32,000 nucleotides of DNA from Nitrospirota bacterium (GCA_003695915.1 RFGF01000065.1:35759-67758), one strand, 5' to 3'. Positions 7,737 to 19,432 are shown, counted from the first letter of the stretch. Made by a program: numbers and translations. The notes: a model not told the origin generated them from the letters alone.

Positions 7737-8639
7737 ATGAACCCGCCTCCTGACATCACAACCATGCAAGAGGCCCAGAGGACAACTGACCCGGGTCGCT
7801 GTCTGGAAACGCGGGTGACAGCGTCAGTGAATGCCGAGGCGTTGATCGCGCTGATCCCGCATCCGGCATTTCTGGGAGGATGGGAAGACGATGGTGTGCT
7901 TCGCCTTTATTGGGATCCATCCGTATGGAGCGAGGAAATCTTCGCCAGCCTCCAAGAGGCCCTGCGCCAGTTGGGGATATACAACGCCGAGATCACGGTT
8001 CATGAAATTCACGCTCAAGATTGGAATGCCCGATGGGCGGCGTCGGTCCAGCCCATTCGGATCGGACGACGTCTGGTGATCCGACCAACCTGGCATCCGG
8101 TCCCCGTTTCCGGCCAGGAGATAGAATTGATCCTCGATCCCAAGCAAGCTTTCGGGACCGGACATCATGCGACGACTCAATTGCTTCTAGAATGGCTGGA
8201 CGACCATATCCGCGGCGGCGAGCACGTGCTCGATGTTGGAACCGGCAGTGGCATCCTCGCCATGGCAGCGCTGCGCTTTGGCGCCGCATTCGCATTGGGC
8301 GTGGATCACGATCCGACCGCACTGGCTTGCGCTTGGGACTATGCGGTTCTCAATCATTTTGGCAAGGAATTGGTCTTCCGACACGGAACGCTTGCGGATC
8401 TCCCGTCCCAACCGTTCGGGGTCATTCTGGCTAACCTAGACTGCCGAACAATCATCTCGCATTATGAGCAGTTCTATCGTGTTGCCCACAAGCACACGGT
8501 TCTCTTGCTTTCGGGAATCTTGCTCGATGATCGACAAATCGTGATCCAAGCGGGCGCCGCACATGGATGGAAACCGTTCTGGAGCCGCACGCGAGACGGC
8601 TGGTTGGCTGTGGGCCTGCGTCGGACAGCTCAAGGCTAA
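7737..8639 (+). CDS. prmA: Ribosomal protein L11 methyltransferase
   Basis: DPKQAFGTGHHATTQL and the SAM-binding VLDVGTGSGILA motifs are present and the length is about 300 aa. An alternative start at ATG 7764 (MQEAQ...) is possible. Confidence 0.85.
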   Translation: MNPPPDITTMQEAQRTTDPGRCLETRVTASVNAEALIALIPHPAFLGGWEDDGVLRLYWDPSVWSEEIFASLQEALRQLGIYNAEITVHEIHAQDWNARWAASVQPIRIGRRLVIRPTWHPVPVSGQEIELILDPKQAFGTGHHATTQLLLEWLDDHIRGGEHVLDVGTGSGILAMAALRFGAAFALGVDHDPTALACAWDYAVLNHFGKELVFRHGTLADLPSQPFGVILANLDCRTIISHYEQFYRVAHKHTVLLLSGILLDDRQIVIQAGAAHGWKPFWSRTRDGWLAVGLRRTAQG

Positions 8640-8642
8640 CAG

Positions 8643-9026
8643 CTACTCGGGCTCACGGTCCAAATACTCGATCAGCGTTTGATAGGTAAGCGACCGGGTC
8701 CGAGCTTTGGAATGGGGCCCATCTTCAAGGTTTTGCTTGAGCCATACGGTCTCTTTGATGGACCCGGCAGCCTGATCGCAGTACATCCACATTTCATGGA
8801 GCAATTCAGCGGAAAGACCGACCTGGACGCCTTCCGATTCGAGGCGATCGTCTAAAATCGCCAGCAAATCGGAAAGCGCTTCTTCCACTCCATATGCCGG
8901 CATCTTGAGCCCGAAGGTCCGAGCCTGTATCTCCTCCTGCCTAGCCTGTTCTACAAGATCATGCATGTATTCCTTGAGCAATCCGATGATGCGTCCGGGG
9001 AGCGCCATGGGGTGTTTCCAACACAA
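8643..9026 (-). CDS. Hypothetical helical acidic protein (121-127 aa)
   Basis: The ORF lies 49 nt downstream of bioF on the same strand. Its stop is 3 nt from the prmA stop (convergent). An alternative start is at 9008 (MALPGRIIG...). No recognisable motif was found. Confidence 0.5.
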   Translation of the reverse strand: MCWKHPMALPGRIIGLLKEYMHDLVEQARQEEIQARTFGLKMPAYGVEEALSDLLAILDDRLESEGVQVGLSAELLHEMWMYCDQAAGSIKETVWLKQNLEDGPHSKARTRSLTYQTLIEYLDREPE

Positions 9027-9075
9027 AAGGTTCGGCTAGCGCCAAAGCTTTTTGCCGATGCGCAATGCCATTTCG

Positions 9076-10251
9076 TTATGACAGCATGTTCATGGCCCGT
9101 CCAATGTGCGCCAACGCTTCGAGAGCAGCTCGTAGATGCTCCGGCGTATGTTCCGACGTAACCGTGAGCCGCAGTCGGCTCGTGCCTTTGGGGACTGTCG
9201 GCGGTCGAATCGCCGGGATATAGATCCCGCGTTCCAGAAGGAGACGGCTCATCTCCACGGCAAGGCCTGGCTCGCGCAACAAGATGGGCAAGATAGGGCT
9301 CTGGGTGGCCGTGACCTCAAATCCCAATTGCTTCACACCTTGGTACAGAATTTCACGATTTCGCCAAAGCCGGATGCGTCGTTCTCGATCCTCGCGAACC
9401 AGTTGCAACGCCGCCCGTGCAGCGGCGGAGGCTGCGGGAAGCGGCGCGGTGCTATACATCACCGATCGACAGACATTGACCAAGTACTCGATATACGTTC
9501 GCGAGCCAACCGTATACCCTCCTACACTTCCCAATGCTTTACTGAGCGTCCCCATTTGGATCAGCAGCCCGGGATCGACGCCCCAATGCTCCGCCGTCCC
9601 ACGCCCATGAGCGCCCATGACCCCTGTACCGTGTGCATCGTCCACGAAAAGCAGGGCCCCGTATTCTTGGGCGAGCGCCGTCAATTCGCCAAGCGGCGCA
9701 AGATCGCCATCCATGCTAAAGACTCCCTCGGTCACAATCAACGCGGGCTGGGATGGCCGACGTTTGCGAAGCAGCCGCCGAACATGCTCGGGATCGTTGT
9801 GATGAAACACCCGTAATTGAGCGCGACTCAGCCGGCAGCCATCGATCAAGCTGGCATGCGAAAGCCGGTCCGCTAAAATGAGGCCACGAGAATCGACGAG
9901 CGCAGGAATCAACCCGAGATTGGCGACATAACCCGAGGTCCACACCAACCCAGCCTCTGTTCCTTTGAAATCGGCCAATGCTGCTTCGAGTTCGTGATGG
10001 GGCAGCAGACTCCCCGAAATCAGGCGAGAAGCCCCGGCGCCTACGCCATAGTCAGCGATAGCCGCGCATGCCGCCTGCTTGACGGCCGGATGATTGGCCA
10101 GGCCTAAGTAATCGTTAGACGCAAACTGAACAACCATCCGCCCATCATAATTCATCACCGGACCGCATGCCGTTTTCACAAGATGGAGCGTGCGCCGCAA
10201 ATGATCGGCATCGAGCTTGTGTAAAGACGCCTCGAAGGAGCGCTGGATCAT
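9076..10251 (-). CDS. bioF: 8-amino-7-oxononanoate synthase (PLP-dependent alpha-oxoamine synthase)
   Basis: Motifs are SNDYLGL, GASRLISGS, DDAHGTGV and the PLP-lysine context GTLSKALGS. I place the start at ATG 10251 (MIQRSFEASLHKLDADHLRR), giving about 391 aa. The 49-aa upstream extension of the track ORF looks non-coding. Confidence 0.8.
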   Translation of the reverse strand: MIQRSFEASLHKLDADHLRRTLHLVKTACGPVMNYDGRMVVQFASNDYLGLANHPAVKQAACAAIADYGVGAGASRLISGSLLPHHELEAALADFKGTEAGLVWTSGYVANLGLIPALVDSRGLILADRLSHASLIDGCRLSRAQLRVFHHNDPEHVRRLLRKRRPSQPALIVTEGVFSMDGDLAPLGELTALAQEYGALLFVDDAHGTGVMGAHGRGTAEHWGVDPGLLIQMGTLSKALGSVGGYTVGSRTYIEYLVNVCRSVMYSTAPLPAASAAARAALQLVREDRERRIRLWRNREILYQGVKQLGFEVTATQSPILPILLREPGLAVEMSRLLLERGIYIPAIRPPTVPKGTSRLRLTVTSEHTPEHLRAALEALAHIGRAMNMLS

Positions 10252-10454
10252 ATTGCTTAATTTACCTGTAGAGTCTGACGTGTTCAGCCTCCGGGCATTC
10301 CGGCTACGATATTCTGTATCGAGCCGAAAGGGTCGAGAAAGCTTGAAGCTGGTCGTGGTTGTGTGGATACCTGTTGGCTTTGTCGACGAGAGCCACAACG
10401 ATGCGCTTCCAGCACGGGATTGGTGAAACGCTCTCCATCATGCTACACTTGCAG

Positions 10455-10484
10455 TTGACTTAAAAAAGCCGAAACCCCTAACAT
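10455..10484 (+). promoter_or_regulatory. Candidate sigma70 promoter for the ilv-leu gene string: TTGACT-N18-TAACAT
   Basis: TTGACT is at 10455-10460 and TAACAT is at 10479-10484. The implied leader is about 95 nt and ends in the Shine-Dalgarno sequence GGGGA, 7 nt before ATG 10585. Confidence 0.4.
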
Positions 10485-10584
10485 AGTATATTTCTTTAAT
10501 ATCCTCCCTTCTTGGCCTTCGAGCTGAGAAGCGGAACCAAACTTCCAACCATAATAGCATCCTTCAACCAAAGGGGATACAGCG

Positions 10585-12360
10585 ATGAAGCTCAGCGGCT
10601 CTGAGATTTTTGTCGAAGCATTGAAACGCGAAGGAGTCAAAACGATATTCGGCATTCCCGGAGGCGTCGTCTTGAAAATTTTCGACGTCTTGCATCAACA
10701 AAATGACATCGAGGTTATTTTGACCAGGCATGAACAAGGCGCAGGCCACATGGCCGAAGGCTATGCCAAAGCCACCGGTCAACCCGGCGTGGCGTTGATT
10801 ACCTCCGGACCAGGTATGACCAATGTCATTACGCCACTCGCCGATGCATACATGGATTCCGTGCCGATCATCGCATTTTCCGGACAGGTGCCGACGCCTC
10901 TCATTGGGAACGATGCGTTTCAAGAAGCTGACAATATCGGTTTGAGCCGCCCCTGCACCAAATATAATTTCTTGGTCAAAGACGTCAACGATCTCGCCGT
11001 CACCATCAAAGAGGCGTTTTACATCGCGAAGACCGGACGTCCTGGACCTGTGCTCGTCGATATCCCCAAAGACATCTCCATGGCCAAGACGGATTTTAAA
11101 TATCCGGAATCCGTATCCATCCGTGGATATAACCCGACGTATGAAGGCAGCAAATGGCAGATCAAGCAAGCTGCCGAGGCTATCCTGAAGTCTAAGCGCC
11201 CGATCTTGTATATTGGCGGGGGTGTGATTTTTTCGGGAGCCAGCCGAGAAGTGCGAGAATTGGCCGAAATGATGCAAATTCCTGTGGATATGACGCTGAT
11301 GGCCCTCGGAGCGTTTCCCGGTGATCATCCGCTATCGCTCGGGATGCTGGGCATGCACGGAACGTACGTGGCCAATATGGCGATCCATTACTCCGACTTG
11401 GTCATCGCTGTAGGAGCCCGATTCGATGACCGCGTGACCGGAAAGGTCTCGGAGTTCTGTCCCCAAGCCAAAATCATTCATATCGACATCGATCCCACAT
11501 CCATTCGAAAAAACATTCATGTCCACATTCCTATCGTCGGGGATTGCAAACGGGTCCTTCAGGAGCTCAATCAGATTCTCCGAGCCACCGTCAATGGCGA
11601 CCAGAAAGAATTGCGAAAACCTTGGTGGGATCAGATCAATGCCTGGCGGGCCGAACACCCTTTGCGCTACGATCAACCGCCAGACGGAAAAATCAAGCCG
11701 CAGTATGTCATCGACCGGCTCTATCAGCTCACAGCCGATCGGGATCCGATTGTCGCGACGGATGTAGGCCAGCATCAGATGTGGACAGCTCAGTTTTTTA
11801 AGCTTGCCAACCCTCGAACATGGTTGACATCCGGCGGACTGGGCACGATGGGATTCGGGTTCCCTGCTGCTCTGGGTGCGCAGGCCGCGTTCCGAAAACG
11901 TTTGGTGTTATGCATTGCCGGCGACGGCAGCATCCAAATGAACGCGCAAGAACTGGCGACGGCCGTCGTCAACAAACTTCCGGTCAAAGTCTTCATCATG
12001 AACAACCATTTTCACGGCATGGTTCGCCAATGGCAGGACTTGTTTTATGAAGGTCGCTACGCATCAAGCTACCTCGATGTCGTCCCGGATTTCGTCAAAC
12101 TTGCTGAAGCGTACGGGGCAGCCGGCTTACGGTTAGAAAAAGTGTCCGATGTGGACGACGTGATCCGTGAAGCTTTGGCTCTCGACAAACCGGTGTTCGT
12201 GGACGTCATGGTGGACCAGTTTGAAAACTGTTATCCCATGATTCCGGCCGGGGGATGCAACCATGAAATGATTTTGAGCGATCCTCCGGAGCTCAAAGAG
12301 CGCCAGAAAATGGGAGTTCCCAAACACCAAGAATCCAAAGACGGTGTGTTAACCGCGTAA
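10585..12360 (+). CDS. ilvB: Acetolactate synthase (acetohydroxyacid synthase) large subunit
   Basis: 591 aa. The N-terminus MKLSGSEIFVEALKREGVKTIFGIPGG and the ThDP motif region GGLGTMGFGFPAALGA...IAGDGSIQMN are present. Confidence 0.93.
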   Translation: MKLSGSEIFVEALKREGVKTIFGIPGGVVLKIFDVLHQQNDIEVILTRHEQGAGHMAEGYAKATGQPGVALITSGPGMTNVITPLADAYMDSVPIIAFSGQVPTPLIGNDAFQEADNIGLSRPCTKYNFLVKDVNDLAVTIKEAFYIAKTGRPGPVLVDIPKDISMAKTDFKYPESVSIRGYNPTYEGSKWQIKQAAEAILKSKRPILYIGGGVIFSGASREVRELAEMMQIPVDMTLMALGAFPGDHPLSLGMLGMHGTYVANMAIHYSDLVIAVGARFDDRVTGKVSEFCPQAKIIHIDIDPTSIRKNIHVHIPIVGDCKRVLQELNQILRATVNGDQKELRKPWWDQINAWRAEHPLRYDQPPDGKIKPQYVIDRLYQLTADRDPIVATDVGQHQMWTAQFFKLANPRTWLTSGGLGTMGFGFPAALGAQAAFRKRLVLCIAGDGSIQMNAQELATAVVNKLPVKVFIMNNHFHGMVRQWQDLFYEGRYASSYLDVVPDFVKLAEAYGAAGLRLEKVSDVDDVIREALALDKPVFVDVMVDQFENCYPMIPAGGCNHEMILSDPPELKERQKMGVPKHQESKDGVLTA

Positions 12361-12365
12361 ATCAG

Positions 12366-12899
12366 ATGGCACAGCACGATACCGAACATATCATCAACAT
12401 CACGATCGAGAACAAATTCGGTGCGCTCTCGCGCGTTGCTGGTCTTTTCAGCGGACGGGGATTCAATATTGAAAGTCTTTCAGTCGCACCGACACTGGAC
12501 CCCACCGTTTCGATGATGACCATCGTCACCAAAGGAGACGACTGGATCATCGAACAAATCATCAAACAACTCAACAAGGTGATCGATGTCATTAAAGTCG
12601 TGGATATCAGCGAAAGCGACTTCGTCGAACGGGAAACTGCGTTGATCAAGGTCCATACTCGGCCAGAAGATCGTGCAGAAGCGCTCAGAATCGCCGATAT
12701 CTTCCGTGCCAATGTCGTGGATTCCTCCCCGACCTCTTACACGATTGAAGTGACGGGTGATGTGCGAAAGGTCCAGGCCATTATCAATCTGCTTCAACCG
12801 TTAGGGATCAAGGAATTGGTCAGAACCGGACGCATTGCCATTATGCGCGAACCCATCCGCACCGGTGCCGCGACTCGATCGCTAGCCAAAGCCAATTAA
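12366..12899 (+). CDS. ilvN: Acetolactate synthase small (regulatory) subunit
   Basis: 177 aa. It has the ACT domain ITIENKFGALSRVAGLFSGRGFNIESL and starts 5 nt after ilvB. Confidence 0.9.
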   Translation: MAQHDTEHIINITIENKFGALSRVAGLFSGRGFNIESLSVAPTLDPTVSMMTIVTKGDDWIIEQIIKQLNKVIDVIKVVDISESDFVERETALIKVHTRPEDRAEALRIADIFRANVVDSSPTSYTIEVTGDVRKVQAIINLLQPLGIKELVRTGRIAIMREPIRTGAATRSLAKAN

Positions 12900-12920
12900 C
12901 GTATTATCTGCGCATCATGA

Positions 12921-13997
<1,077 letters not shown>

Positions 13998-14043
13998 TTG
14001 GACACAGCACATGATCTGCATATGAGCAGGAGGACTCGCAGAC

Positions 14044-14694
14044 ATGGCTGATCGAGCAAAGGGCCTTCCGATCGCACGTGAAGGGGTGCCCTTTGTCGCC
14101 CTCACGGGCTTGCCAGCCGTGTTAGCCTTGTGGTGGGGATGGAGCACGCTTTCCATGACGTTGCTCCTCGTATCTGCCTACACGGCTTGGTTTTTTCGAA
14201 ATCCGACTCGGGCCATTCCTGAGGGTGAGCACGTGCTCGTCTCACCTGCCGATGGAAAGGTCGTCGCTGTTGAACAGGAGTTCGAGCCTAAATTTCTCAA
14301 GGACCATGCCATTCGAGTCAGCATCTTTTTGAATATATTCAATGTGCACATCAATCGGACTCCCTGCGCGGGCATGGTCCTCGATTGCCTCTACCAACCA
14401 GGATGCTTTATTGCCGCGAATCGACCAGAGGCTTCGATTCGAAACGAGCAAAACGCCATCCTCATCGAGCGGACGGACGGAAAGAAAATTCTATGTGTGC
14501 AAATCGCCGGGTTAATCGCTCGTCGCATCGTTTGCTGGGTGACACCGGGCGAGCGAGTTGCGAAAGGCGAGCGGTTTGGGTTGATTCGATTCGGATCGCG
14601 CGTGGACCTGTTTGTGCCGCATTACACGCACGTGACCGTCAAAGTGGGCGACTCCGTTTACGGTGGCACGTCGATTATCGGGGAGCTGGTATGA
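14044..14694 (+). CDS. psd: Phosphatidylserine decarboxylase, short form
   Basis: 216 aa. LIRFGSRVDLF contains the Gly-Ser self-cleavage (pyruvoyl-forming) site. An N-terminal membrane helix is present. The Shine-Dalgarno sequence AGGAGGA lies upstream. Confidence 0.85.
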   Translation: MADRAKGLPIAREGVPFVALTGLPAVLALWWGWSTLSMTLLLVSAYTAWFFRNPTRAIPEGEHVLVSPADGKVVAVEQEFEPKFLKDHAIRVSIFLNIFNVHINRTPCAGMVLDCLYQPGCFIAANRPEASIRNEQNAILIERTDGKKILCVQIAGLIARRIVCWVTPGERVAKGERFGLIRFGSRVDLFVPHYTHVTVKVGDSVYGGTSIIGELV

Positions 14695-15509
14695 GTAGCT
14701 CGTTTATGAGGCGCATGCGCGCCAGGAAAAACCGTGAACCCCAAAAGCGGCGGGTTGTCTATTTGATTCCGAATTTGTTGACGACGGGCAATCTGTTTAG
14801 TGGACTCGCCTCTATTCTTTTTACGCTCGATGGCAATTTCCCGGCCGCGGCAACGGCGATCTTAGTCGCAATTGTCTTCGACATTTTGGACGGCACGTCA
14901 GCTCGCTTGATGCACAGTACCAGCCAGTTTGGGTTGCAATACGATTCGCTCGGAGACCTAGTTTCTTTCGGCGTGGCTCCAGGTCTGATGCTCTATGTCT
15001 GGGCATTGCAGACACCTCGGATGCTCGGCGCCGCCGTCATGTTCGCCTTCGTCGCTTGTGGTGCCTTGCGGCTTGCCCGCTATAATGTGTCAGCGACCAC
15101 GAATGAGGGGAAACCCTTTACCGGTCTTCCCATTCCCGGAGCCGCAGGAGTCATTGCGACATTGGTCATTGCCGATCATTATGTCCTGGCATTGGGATCG
15201 CACGTCCGTCCGATCATCGGAATCGTCCTGAGTTTATTGCTGTCGTTTCTCATGGTCAGCACCGTGAAGTATCGGAGCATCAAAGAGTTGAAATTTAAAG
15301 AGAGCCATCACTTCAATTATTTGGTCTATGCTATCCTCGGTCTGATGGCGATTCTGGCCTATCCTCAACTGATGCTCTTTGTCGTCTTTATGGCATATGC
15401 ATTATCAGGAATCGTCGAACTCGGGGTCCACATCGTGGCCAAGGGATTCAAAGGAACCGCCGAGACAGAACTCGCTCCAGCGTCCGAGCCAGGAACGGGG
15501 AAGGAATAG
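14691..15509 (+). CDS. pssA: CDP-diacylglycerol--serine O-phosphatidyltransferase
   Basis: It has the CDP-alcohol phosphatidyltransferase motif DILDGTSARLMHSTSQFGLQYDSLGDLVSFG and a multi-pass hydrophobic profile. ATG 14691 overlaps the psd stop (ATGA). The upstream part of track ORF 14385..15509 overlaps psd and is rejected. Confidence 0.85.
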   Translation: MSSSFMRRMRARKNREPQKRRVVYLIPNLLTTGNLFSGLASILFTLDGNFPAAATAILVAIVFDILDGTSARLMHSTSQFGLQYDSLGDLVSFGVAPGLMLYVWALQTPRMLGAAVMFAFVACGALRLARYNVSATTNEGKPFTGLPIPGAAGVIATLVIADHYVLALGSHVRPIIGIVLSLLLSFLMVSTVKYRSIKELKFKESHHFNYLVYAILGLMAILAYPQLMLFVVFMAYALSGIVELGVHIVAKGFKGTAETELAPASEPGTGKE

Positions 15510-15541
15510 ACTTGTGAATGTTGTCGAGAAGGTGAATCACG

Positions 15542-17089
15542 ATGCCGCGCATGATTAGGATTTTCGATACGACTTTACGGGACGGTGAACAGTCTCCCGG
15601 TGCCAGCATGAACGTCGAAGAAAAAGTGCTGGTTGCCAAGCAACTTGCTCGCCTCAATGTCGATGTCATCGAGGCTGGCTTCGCCTATAGCTCTCCCGGC
15701 GATTTCGAGGCTGTGCATCGCATCGGCTGTGAGGTCGAAGGGCCGATAATTTGCAGCCTGGCCCGTGCCAAACCCGAGGACATCGACCGAGCTTGGGAAG
15801 CCCTGAAAGACGCGCCACGACGTCGCATTCATACTTTTCTTTCGGCCTCGGATATCCATCTGAAATATCAGTTCCGCTTGACGCGAGAAGAGGCACTCCA
15901 ACGAGCTGTCGCGATGGTCCAGCATGCCCGGGGGTATGTCGATGACGTGGAATTTTCTCCTATGGATGCGACACGCGCGGATTTATCCTATTTGTGCGAA
16001 GTCGTGGAAGCCGTGATCGAAGCCGGCGCGGGTACGGTGAACATCCCTGATACCGTCGGCTATACGACGCCGCAAGAATTTGGGCGCATTATCCGCACGT
16101 TGAAAGAGCGCGTACCTAACATCGAGCGGGCGATCATCTCCGTTCACTGTCACAATGATTTGGGCTTGGCCGTCGCCAACTCCATGGCTGCGATCCTGGC
16201 CGGTGCCGGACAGGTGGAATGTACCATTAACGGGATCGGCGAGCGGGCGGGAAATGCTTCTCTCGAAGAAATTGTGATGGGACTGCGAGTCCGCAAAGAC
16301 TTTTATCAAGCGGACACCCAGATTCGCACAGAGGAAATTTCAAAAACCAGTCGGCTGGTCAGCAACGTTACCGGCATGGTCGTCCAACCCAACAAGGCCA
16401 TCGTGGGCGCCAATGCGTTTGCCCACACATCGGGCATTCATCAAGACGGGCTGCTCAAAGAAAAGAGCACCTACGAGATCATGCGTCCTGAATCCATCGG
16501 CTTGACACAGAGCCGGTTGGTCATGGGCAAATTATCCGGTCGTCATGCTTTCCGGGAGGAACTCGCTCGCTTAGGATATTCCCTATCTGACGAGGAATTG
16601 CAAGAGGCATTCGACCGGTTCAAGCGACTGGCTGATCAAAAGCGCGAATTGTTCGAAGAGGATCTCGAAGCCATCGTTTCCCATGCAGCTTCCAAAGTGC
16701 CCGAACGGTTTTCTCTCAGGGCCCTACACGTGGAAAGCGGCCTCCATCGAGTCCCCACTGCGACCGTCGAGCTGAACGTCGACGGCCAAGTGATCCAAAA
16801 GACCGGAACGGGCGATGGACCTGTCGATGCGGTCTATCGCACCATTGCCAGCATCACGGCGACCAAAAGCCAATTGCGGGCGTATATCGTCAAAGCCATC
16901 ACCGGGGGCACGGATGCGCAGGGGGAGGTCTCCGTTCGAGTCGAGCAAGATGGAGAAACCGTCACGGGTCATGGGTCCGACACGGATATTATCGTAGCCT
17001 CCGCACAGGCATACTTGAACGCTTTAAACAAGCTGGCTTCCGTTCTGGAGCGGAAAGCCAAGTCGGGCGAAAAAGTGCAGCTCTGCTAG
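15542..17089 (+). CDS. leuA: 2-isopropylmalate synthase
   Basis: 515 aa. Motifs [13 protein letters not shown] and [12 protein letters not shown] are present, together with a C-terminal LeuA-type regulatory domain. A CimA-like citramalate synthase cannot be fully excluded by eye. Confidence 0.88.
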   Translation: MPRMIRIFDTTLRDGEQSPGASMNVEEKVLVAKQLARLNVDVIEAGFAYSSPGDFEAVHRIGCEVEGPIICSLARAKPEDIDRAWEALKDAPRRRIHTFLSASDIHLKYQFRLTREEALQRAVAMVQHARGYVDDVEFSPMDATRADLSYLCEVVEAVIEAGAGTVNIPDTVGYTTPQEFGRIIRTLKERVPNIERAIISVHCHNDLGLAVANSMAAILAGAGQVECTINGIGERAGNASLEEIVMGLRVRKDFYQADTQIRTEEISKTSRLVSNVTGMVVQPNKAIVGANAFAHTSGIHQDGLLKEKSTYEIMRPESIGLTQSRLVMGKLSGRHAFREELARLGYSLSDEELQEAFDRFKRLADQKRELFEEDLEAIVSHAASKVPERFSLRALHVESGLHRVPTATVELNVDGQVIQKTGTGDGPVDAVYRTIASITATKSQLRAYIVKAITGGTDAQGEVSVRVEQDGETVTGHGSDTDIIVASAQAYLNALNKLASVLERKAKSGEKVQLC

Positions 17090-17129
17090 CCTTGATGCGC
17101 AATCGATCCTCCATGAGGAGTTTGGCAAC

Positions 17130-18209
17130 ATGACCATGCGTATCGCCGTGCTGAGCGGCGACGGAATCGGGCGAGAGATCATGCCTCAAGCGATCGGCGT
17201 TCTCCGAGAAGTCGAAACGATCTTTGGGCATCATTTTGAGCTGCTCGAAGGACTCGTGGGTGGAGCTGCCATCGACGCTGTCGAGGAACCCCTTCCCAAA
17301 GACACACTGGATCTGGCCAAACAGAGCGATGCCGTTCTCCTTGGCGCTGTCGGCGGACCCAAATGGGAAAACTTACCGTATCACCAGCGACCCGAACGTG
17401 CATTGTTGGGCCTTCGTGAGCACCTGGGGCTTTTCGCGAATCTTCGTCCTGCACGCATGTATTCAGCGCTCGTCGATGCTTCGACATTGAAGCCGGAGGT
17501 CGTAGACGGCATCGATATTTTGGTCGTCCGAGAACTGACCGGCGGCATTTATTTTGGGAAACCCAAGGGTATCGAGCCGACACCCACTGGCCAGCGGGGT
17601 TTCAACACCGAAGTGTACACTACGGAAGAAATTGTCCGTATCGCCGAAGTGGCGTTTGAAGCGGCCAGAAAACGCCGACGGCTGGTGACGTCCGTCGATA
17701 AAGCCAACGTGCTGGAATCGTCGGAACTCTGGCGTCGCGTGGTCACGGAAGTCCACGAACGGTATCCGGATGTCGAATTGCGGCATATGTATGTCGACAA
17801 TTGCGCCATGCAGTTGGTCCGAAACCCCAAACAATTCGATGTCATCGTCACCACCAATATGTTCGGCGACATTTTGAGCGACGAAGCCGCGATGCTGACC
17901 GGCTCGATCGGCATGTTGCCGTCGGCGAGCCTCGGTTCCTCTGTCGGCATGTACGAACCCATTCATGGCAGCGCACCGGATATCGCCGGACAGAACATCG
18001 CCAACCCCGTCGGGATGATCGCTTCCGTCGCCATGATGCTCACCTATTCCTTCGATTTGCGCAAAGAGGCTGACGCCATCGAGCAGGCCATTGAACGGAC
18101 ATTGACTCGAGGCTACCGAACCCAAGATATCGCCGGCCCAGGTACCCGAGTCGTCGGGACTCGCGAAATGGGGGAAGCCATCTGCCGAGAGCTTCGCGCT
18201 GACGCATGA
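17130..18209 (+). CDS. leuB: 3-isopropylmalate dehydrogenase
   Basis: 359 aa. Motifs are [29 protein letters not shown] and [14 protein letters not shown]. Confidence 0.93.
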   Translation: MTMRIAVLSGDGIGREIMPQAIGVLREVETIFGHHFELLEGLVGGAAIDAVEEPLPKDTLDLAKQSDAVLLGAVGGPKWENLPYHQRPERALLGLREHLGLFANLRPARMYSALVDASTLKPEVVDGIDILVVRELTGGIYFGKPKGIEPTPTGQRGFNTEVYTTEEIVRIAEVAFEAARKRRRLVTSVDKANVLESSELWRRVVTEVHERYPDVELRHMYVDNCAMQLVRNPKQFDVIVTTNMFGDILSDEAAMLTGSIGMLPSASLGSSVGMYEPIHGSAPDIAGQNIANPVGMIASVAMMLTYSFDLRKEADAIEQAIERTLTRGYRTQDIAGPGTRVVGTREMGEAICRELRADA

Positions 18210-19432
18210 TCCCTTCGTTTTTGGCTCCAGGATATATCGGCACGTTGGCAGGAACCGGAGAGCCCGGCTTCTCCGGCGATGGCGGGCCGGCAGTTTCCGC
18301 TCGACTCTCCGAGCCCAAACAGCTGGTTTTCGATCAATACGGCAATCTCTACATAGCCGATTCCGAAAATCATTGCATTCGCATGGTGGATCGACGAACG
18401 GGTATCATCTCCACGGTGGCCGGCCTTCCTTGCCAAACCCATGCCGAGAACGAGCCCCCGATCGACCAGCCTTCTCAAGCCCACCTGGAGGAGGATCCAC
18501 TGGACAAGGGCCTGGACGTGCCGACCAACCAGTTTCGTCATACGGCCGATTTAAGCGGCACCGTGCGATATTCCATTGGACAAGGCCATTCTGCGATTCG
18601 ATTTGCCGGTGACGGTGGCCCGGCCGTCAATGCCCTGCTCAACTTTCCATCGGCCCTCGCCGTCGAAGAGGGTGTCGCGGTATACATTGCCGATATGTTG
18701 AACCATCGGATTCGACGAGTCGATCTTGCGACTGGGATCATCACGACCCTAGCGGGCACCGGGCAAGCTAAGTGGAAGGGTGACGGAGGACCAGCCCGCG
18801 AAGCGGCACTCAATGAACCGGTGGCCCTCGCATTGGATCGCGCGCGTCGTCAGCTGTATGTTGCTGATCAAAGCAATAACCGTGTGCGTGTCATCGATCT
18901 GACCACCGGGATCATCACGACCATAGCCGGAACGGGCGAAGCTGCATATACGGGCGATGGACCAGCGTTAGAGGTTGCCCTTGCAGGACCGAGCGGGCTC
19001 GCCTTGGACGCTGTGGGACACTTGTATATCGCCGATACGTTCAATGGGCGAATTCGGAAACTCGACACCGATACCGGCATGCTCGAGACAGCGCTGGGGG
19101 ATGGTCATGCCTTTCGATTCGATGGAGCAGCTTCGGAACAATCGATGTCCGTGGCCAGACCCTATGGCATTGCATTCGATCGTCAAGGACAGTTGCTGAT
19201 CACGGATTCGGACAATCATTTGCTCAGAAAATGGGACCCTCGCGGATCCATGATTTCGATCGTCGCAGGGGATGGACAAGCGAGATTTGCCGGTGACAAC
19301 GGCCCGGCCGACAAAAGCAGCTTGAACTATCCCTTCGGCGTGGCAGTCGATCCCTGGGGGCATATCGCCATTGCCGATACCTTTAATCATCGCATTCGCC
19401 TGATCGTCGCACCCTCACCTCATCAACGGTGA
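18206..19432 (+). CDS. Six-bladed NHL-repeat beta-propeller protein with no signal peptide
   Basis: 408 aa. Six repeats of the form [FWY]xGDGGPAxxAxLxxPxxLAxDxxGxLYIADxxNHRIRxVDxxTGIIxTxAGTG are present. The ATG overlaps the leuB stop (ATGA at 18206-18209). Confidence 0.8.
   Translation: MIPSFLAPGYIGTLAGTGEPGFSGDGGPAVSARLSEPKQLVFDQYGNLYIADSENHCIRMVDRRTGIISTVAGLPCQTHAENEPPIDQPSQAHLEEDPLDKGLDVPTNQFRHTADLSGTVRYSIGQGHSAIRFAGDGGPAVNALLNFPSALAVEEGVAVYIADMLNHRIRRVDLATGIITTLAGTGQAKWKGDGGPAREAALNEPVALALDRARRQLYVADQSNNRVRVIDLTTGIITTIAGTGEAAYTGDGPALEVALAGPSGLALDAVGHLYIADTFNGRIRKLDTDTGMLETALGDGHAFRFDGAASEQSMSVARPYGIAFDRQGQLLITDSDNHLLRKWDPRGSMISIVAGDGQARFAGDNGPADKSSLNYPFGVAVDPWGHIAIADTFNHRIRLIVAPSPHQR

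Noticed and set aside
10252-10398. N-terminal extensions of track ORFs (bioF 10252-10398, pssA 14385-14690, SpoIID 20580-20741, gltX 24064-24135, GH15 27712-27804)
   Set aside because: The extensions overlap upstream genes or have non-protein-like sequence. Internal ATGs give canonical family N-termini, a signal peptide (SpoIID) or a strong Shine-Dalgarno sequence (GH15).
10485-10584. Transcription-attenuation leader peptide or T-box upstream of ilvB
   Set aside because: There is no ATG-initiated Ile/Leu/Val-rich mini-ORF and no terminator/antiterminator pair in the roughly 95-nt leader. Only a weak CTTCT/AGAAG hairpin is present.
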